Source of the DNA: Octopus vulgaris
Taxonomy: Eukaryota
Assembly (NCBI GenBank): GCA_951406725.2
Contig: OX597814.1
Span: forward strand, 95,418,001-95,482,000
DNA: 64,000 nt
Reading direction: 5' to 3'
In this document: positions 60,141-64,000 of the stretch, in pieces
Layout of the letters: every line of letters starts with the position of its first letter
Position numbering within the stretch: position 1 is the first letter of the stretch
Notes under the pieces: generated by a model
The model's database searches: none
The model's input: the letters and a program-made list of their open reading frames with translations, nothing else
Told to the model about the DNA's origin: nothing
Program-made: the position numbers and the translations under genes

Positions 60141-61136
60141 GCATATATATGTGTATATGTGTGTGTATATATATGTGTGTGTGTATATACATGTATGTGT
60201 ATACATATGTGTGTGTATATATGTATTTGTATGTATATATGTGTGTGTATATGTATATATGTATGTATGTATACACACACACACATATTCAGTGGTTAAT
60301 ACTTTAGGAGGTAAGATTCTTTCGTATTAACTGTTGAAGAATCAGAGACAAAAAAACTAGACATCTGTGAGTTAGTGTGTGAAGTGTTTTGATGAGTTGT
60401 TGTGAATATGCTTAATACATTGCAAAGGAAAGGACTAACAGAACGTTTCTGATCAAAAAGATTAACGGAACCTGAAGTAGACATCTCAGCTGAAAAAAAT
60501 TCAATAACATTACTTTCACCAAAGTTGTTGGAGGATGAAAACTGCTGACATTCTTATGCAGGTGACTAAGTTACCATTGCCAAATACACATAGCTTTAAA
60601 TAGCTTAAAGTTATCTCAACAGATTTTCTATAGAAATTATGACAGTATTAACTTATAAAAGCGTTTAATATACTTTGTAGTATATTATGGTTGCATAACA
60701 AAATATGGTGTCTCAACAAGTCATTAATAAGCCCTAAGTATATACTGAAACATGGTGTAATTTACTATCGTAGGTAGCAGATGCATTGAAAGATTGACAT
60801 TAACCTGCAGTGCTGAGTTCAATTCTTTCCAAAAGAAAATGTATCTGCAATAGAGTGGAATCCTGTCAAAAGGAATTTTTGAGGGGTGGGATCGTATTTT
60901 GTTTCTAGTCTCATCTGCTACAAGAACTAAAGAGATGCAAGAAGTGTGTCTGAAAACATGAGATTTCAAACTAATGCAAGAAATTACATTCATCCACTTA
61001 TTTAGTTGTTTAAAAATTTATGGCACTTCAGAAAGTTGACCGTGATATTCATATATTAAAACTTTAGAAAAAAATGAACTGTTGTAAAATTTCATTGTAT
61101 GTTTATATTTCTTCATTTTTGTTTATAAATTTTAAG

Positions 61137-61246
61137 GGTCAAAGAAGTTGCTGTTGGAGACCAAAAGGTGCTGGTTGTTAAGGAAAAAAATGGAGTTTTT
61201 GCTTTTGGATCAAAATGTAGTCACTATGGATTACCACTGGCCAATG
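61137..61246 (+). CDS. AIFM3: AIFM3-like gene, Rieske exon 1 (VKEVAVGDQKVLVVKEKNGVFAFGSKCSHYGLPLAN)
   Basis: TTTAAG acceptor, G/GTAACA donor, 110 nt, phase 2-1. Contains the Rieske box-I C-x-H. Confidence 0.92.
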
Positions 61247-62963
61247 GTAACATTTCAGTTGTTTTTGTTTACATACTAACCAAACACACATGAACCATTA
61301 CAACAACAACTTCAATAATAATAAATCCAACTACTACAGAAATTATTGTTACAGAAAATTTTTTTTTTTTCCAAGTATGAATGACTAGAAACAAAATATC
61401 CAAACCCTTAAGTTCAAACTCACTGGAAAATTTCTTTTGTTATGGGCTTAATAATTTATATACATCATTTCACCCAACTATTAGGAACAGTTACCATATC
61501 TTCTGAATCAGATTGGCATCCTACCCAGTTTTCAAAACTGTTTTAACATAATTGCAGTGTGGAAGGTGTCCACGCTGCAATTGTTTTCATTCCAGCACAT
61601 GATCTCAGATCAGGTCACTTGCTATGCAAGTACATCTCCGTAATGTTTTAACATAAAAATATTGTAACTTTCAGCAAGGACCTTAGTTAAAGGAAGAATA
61701 AAGAATTTCACTTATAAATGAATTCCTTTATCATATTTTAAATGTTTTATGGTTATTGTCTTAAAGTAGATTGCTGTTGTTCTTAACAGAAATGAGTTTT
61801 CAAGTAGTTTTTGTCATAAATGTTGCTTTCATTAATTTGTTTTGTTGTTGTTGTCTTAGTTATAAATTAATCTTTTTATGATTATCATTTCTATTGCTGT
61901 CATGGGTTTCTCACCACATAGTTGTTGTTGTTATCAAAGTCAAAATTTATTCCCCTCATTAATGTCATCAACAGATTTATGCTTTAAAGCTCATTTGCAT
62001 ATTGCCAACTATATCGTGCGTATTCTTTGATGAATCCTCAAAACTGATTTGAAAATGTCATGGCTGGCTGAATCTATTGGAGACGACAATATGTCTGTAA
62101 CAATATGCTTAATTAATATATATATTTTTCAACAAGCTCACTAGCTAATCGCAACACCAGCGCCTGTTCAAGCACTGTCTCTCTATATATCGCTGAGGGG
62201 AGATGAGCCTCTTTTATCTCTAGCGGTTGAGCATCCATCATTGTCAAGACCAAGGAAGGTCAAAATCATGTAATCTAGTGGTCTCAGTACTGGAGCTGAT
62301 GGGGATTTATCTCCCCAAAAGCGATATAAACAGGCATGCATTTTGCACCAAAAGCTTGTATGAGAGTTTCTCTCATGGTGTCTACTGCAGTATAGTTTGT
62401 TCTAACAAAACATCTACATTTGAGTGGGGATGAATATTATCTCTCAATATACTTAATAGGTTGTTATAAATACTTAACATGTGAAAGTATAACTCACTAC
62501 TGAGTAGTTGATGTACTGAACAATTGACATTTTGCTGAGTTTACAATATTGGGTGCAACCTTTCTCATGAGTAAATTTTGAGATGGATTAAGTTTCCCAA
62601 ACTGAGTTGCTTCAAATACACTATGTAAAGTCAAAAATTCATGATCCATTCCGTATGGGTTTCACTGCCACTAAGTTGAACTATGCATCATAGATGAATT
62701 TGTAGATAATGCAGTCTGTTGAAGCCAGCAGTATAGTAACCAAGAAAGCCTATGTCAGTACAGATAATTGACACAATTTACAATGATGATGATGGTAATG
62801 AAACTTGATGAGGTAGAGAATCACTAAATATTTGGAGTTAGTTTTTTTCAACTTACTGCTGCTCTCTTGTAGCCATTAGTTACCAATTTGTCAACCAAAT
62901 TTGTGCAATTTTTAATTCAGCATCATTATTTAACTTACACCCTTGAATTGTTCCATTTCTCAG

Positions 62964-63073
62964 GTGCCTATTGCAATGGAAGGATTCGATGTCCTTTTCA
63001 TGGTGCTTGCTTTGATGTGAAAACTGGTGATATTGAAGACTTCCCAGGACTAGACAGTCTGCACACATTCAAA
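62964..63073 (+). CDS. AIFM3: AIFM3-like gene, Rieske exon 2 (GAYCNGRIRCPFHGACFDVKTGDIEDFPGLDSLHTFK)
   Basis: TTCTCAG acceptor, AAA/GTAAGT donor, 110 nt. Rieske box-II CPxHG plus GDIEDFPGLDSL, which I recognise as typical of the AIFM3/AIFL family. Confidence 0.93.
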
Positions 63074-63214
63074 GTAAGTATTGCTTTTTTGTATAAAAAA
63101 AAAGTGCCTATCACTAAAGGGCTACATAAACTCATTTCATATAACATATTTTGATAATGCTGCTGCTAATGATGATTGTGATGATACTCCATTTGTTTCC
63201 CACAGCTGAGTTGT

Positions 63215-63925
63215 AGAGGTGCATGGTTTAGTGGTTAGCGTGTTGAACTCATGATTGTAAGATTGTGGTTTCGATTCCTGGACCAAACAATGCATTGTGT
63301 TCTTGAGTACAACCGGGCAACGCATTGTGTTCTTCAGCAAAACATTTCATTTCACGTTGCTCTAATCCATTCAGCTGGCAGAAATGAGTAATCCTGCAAC
63401 GGACCAGCATCTCATCCAGGTGGGGAATATATTTGCCATGAAATTGGGAAACTGGCCCTTATCAGTCGGCATAACACAAGAAGGTATCTTTACCTTACAT
63501 TACCACTGCTGAAATTATCACCATTTGGTGACAATTGGTAGAAATTATCTTCAGCCTTCACATGCTATATTGTGTCCCATTCTATCCCTAACACTTCCAA
63601 CTACCATTTGGAATTGTTGGGGGTGGGGCTGTGTGGTTAAGAAGCTCTCACTTTGCACTGGTTCAGTCCCACTGTGCTGCATATTGGGCAAGTGTCTTCT
63701 ACTATAGCTCTGGGCCAACCAACCTCTTATGAGTGAATTTGGTAGGTGCAAACTGTGCGGAAGCCCAGACATGGTTGTGTGGGTAAGAGCTTACTTCCCA
63801 ATCATGTGGCCTTGTGGTCAGTCCCATTGCACAGTATATTGGGCAAGTGTCTTCTACTATAGCCCCAGGCTGTCCAAAGCTTTGTTTGTAGATTTGGAAG
63901 ATGGAAACTGAAAGAAACCTGCAGG
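63215..63925 (+). mobile_element. tRNA-derived SINE cluster
   Basis: Heads GGTGCATGGTTTAGTGGTTAG...GGTTTCGATTCC (63218) and GTGTGGTTAAGAAGC...GGTTCAGTCCC (63630, 63775). Confidence 0.7.
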
Positions 63926-64000
63926 ATAATTATAATATATATGTGTATGGAATAATTACTATGAAGCATTGTGTAGAATATATTGTATAAAATATAGTGG

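Overview
AT-rich eukaryotic genomic DNA. The repeat landscape (huge TA/TATG microsatellites, tRNA-headed SINEs, RTE/CR1/CRE/Penelope elements) suggests a coleoid cephalopod such as Octopus; this is an inference. One host gene is visible: five small + strand coding exons (29080-63073) splice in frame to give the N-terminus and Rieske [2Fe-2S] domain of an AIFM3-like flavoprotein, and the gene continues beyond the window. Most of the rest is transposon-derived. (i) An apparently full-length CR1-group LINE (~9820-15476) lies inside a TA microsatellite; it has an intact EN-RT ORF2, an unusual Myb/SANT-like + CCCH ORF1 and a 17-copy modular tandem array just upstream of ORF1. (ii) A degenerate Gypsy LTR element (38295-45578) has a younger CR1 LINE inserted in its protease active-site codons. 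(iii) RTE fragments carry a PHD-type finger inside the RT. (iv) There are CRE-like RLE LINE remnants, a mariner with a nearby empty-site duplicate, several MITEs and a 5S rRNA pseudogene. (v) Penelope-associated units combine a tRNA-like Pol III head with a minimal hammerhead ribozyme motif. The long Ile/Tyr ORFs in the track are microsatellite artefacts.
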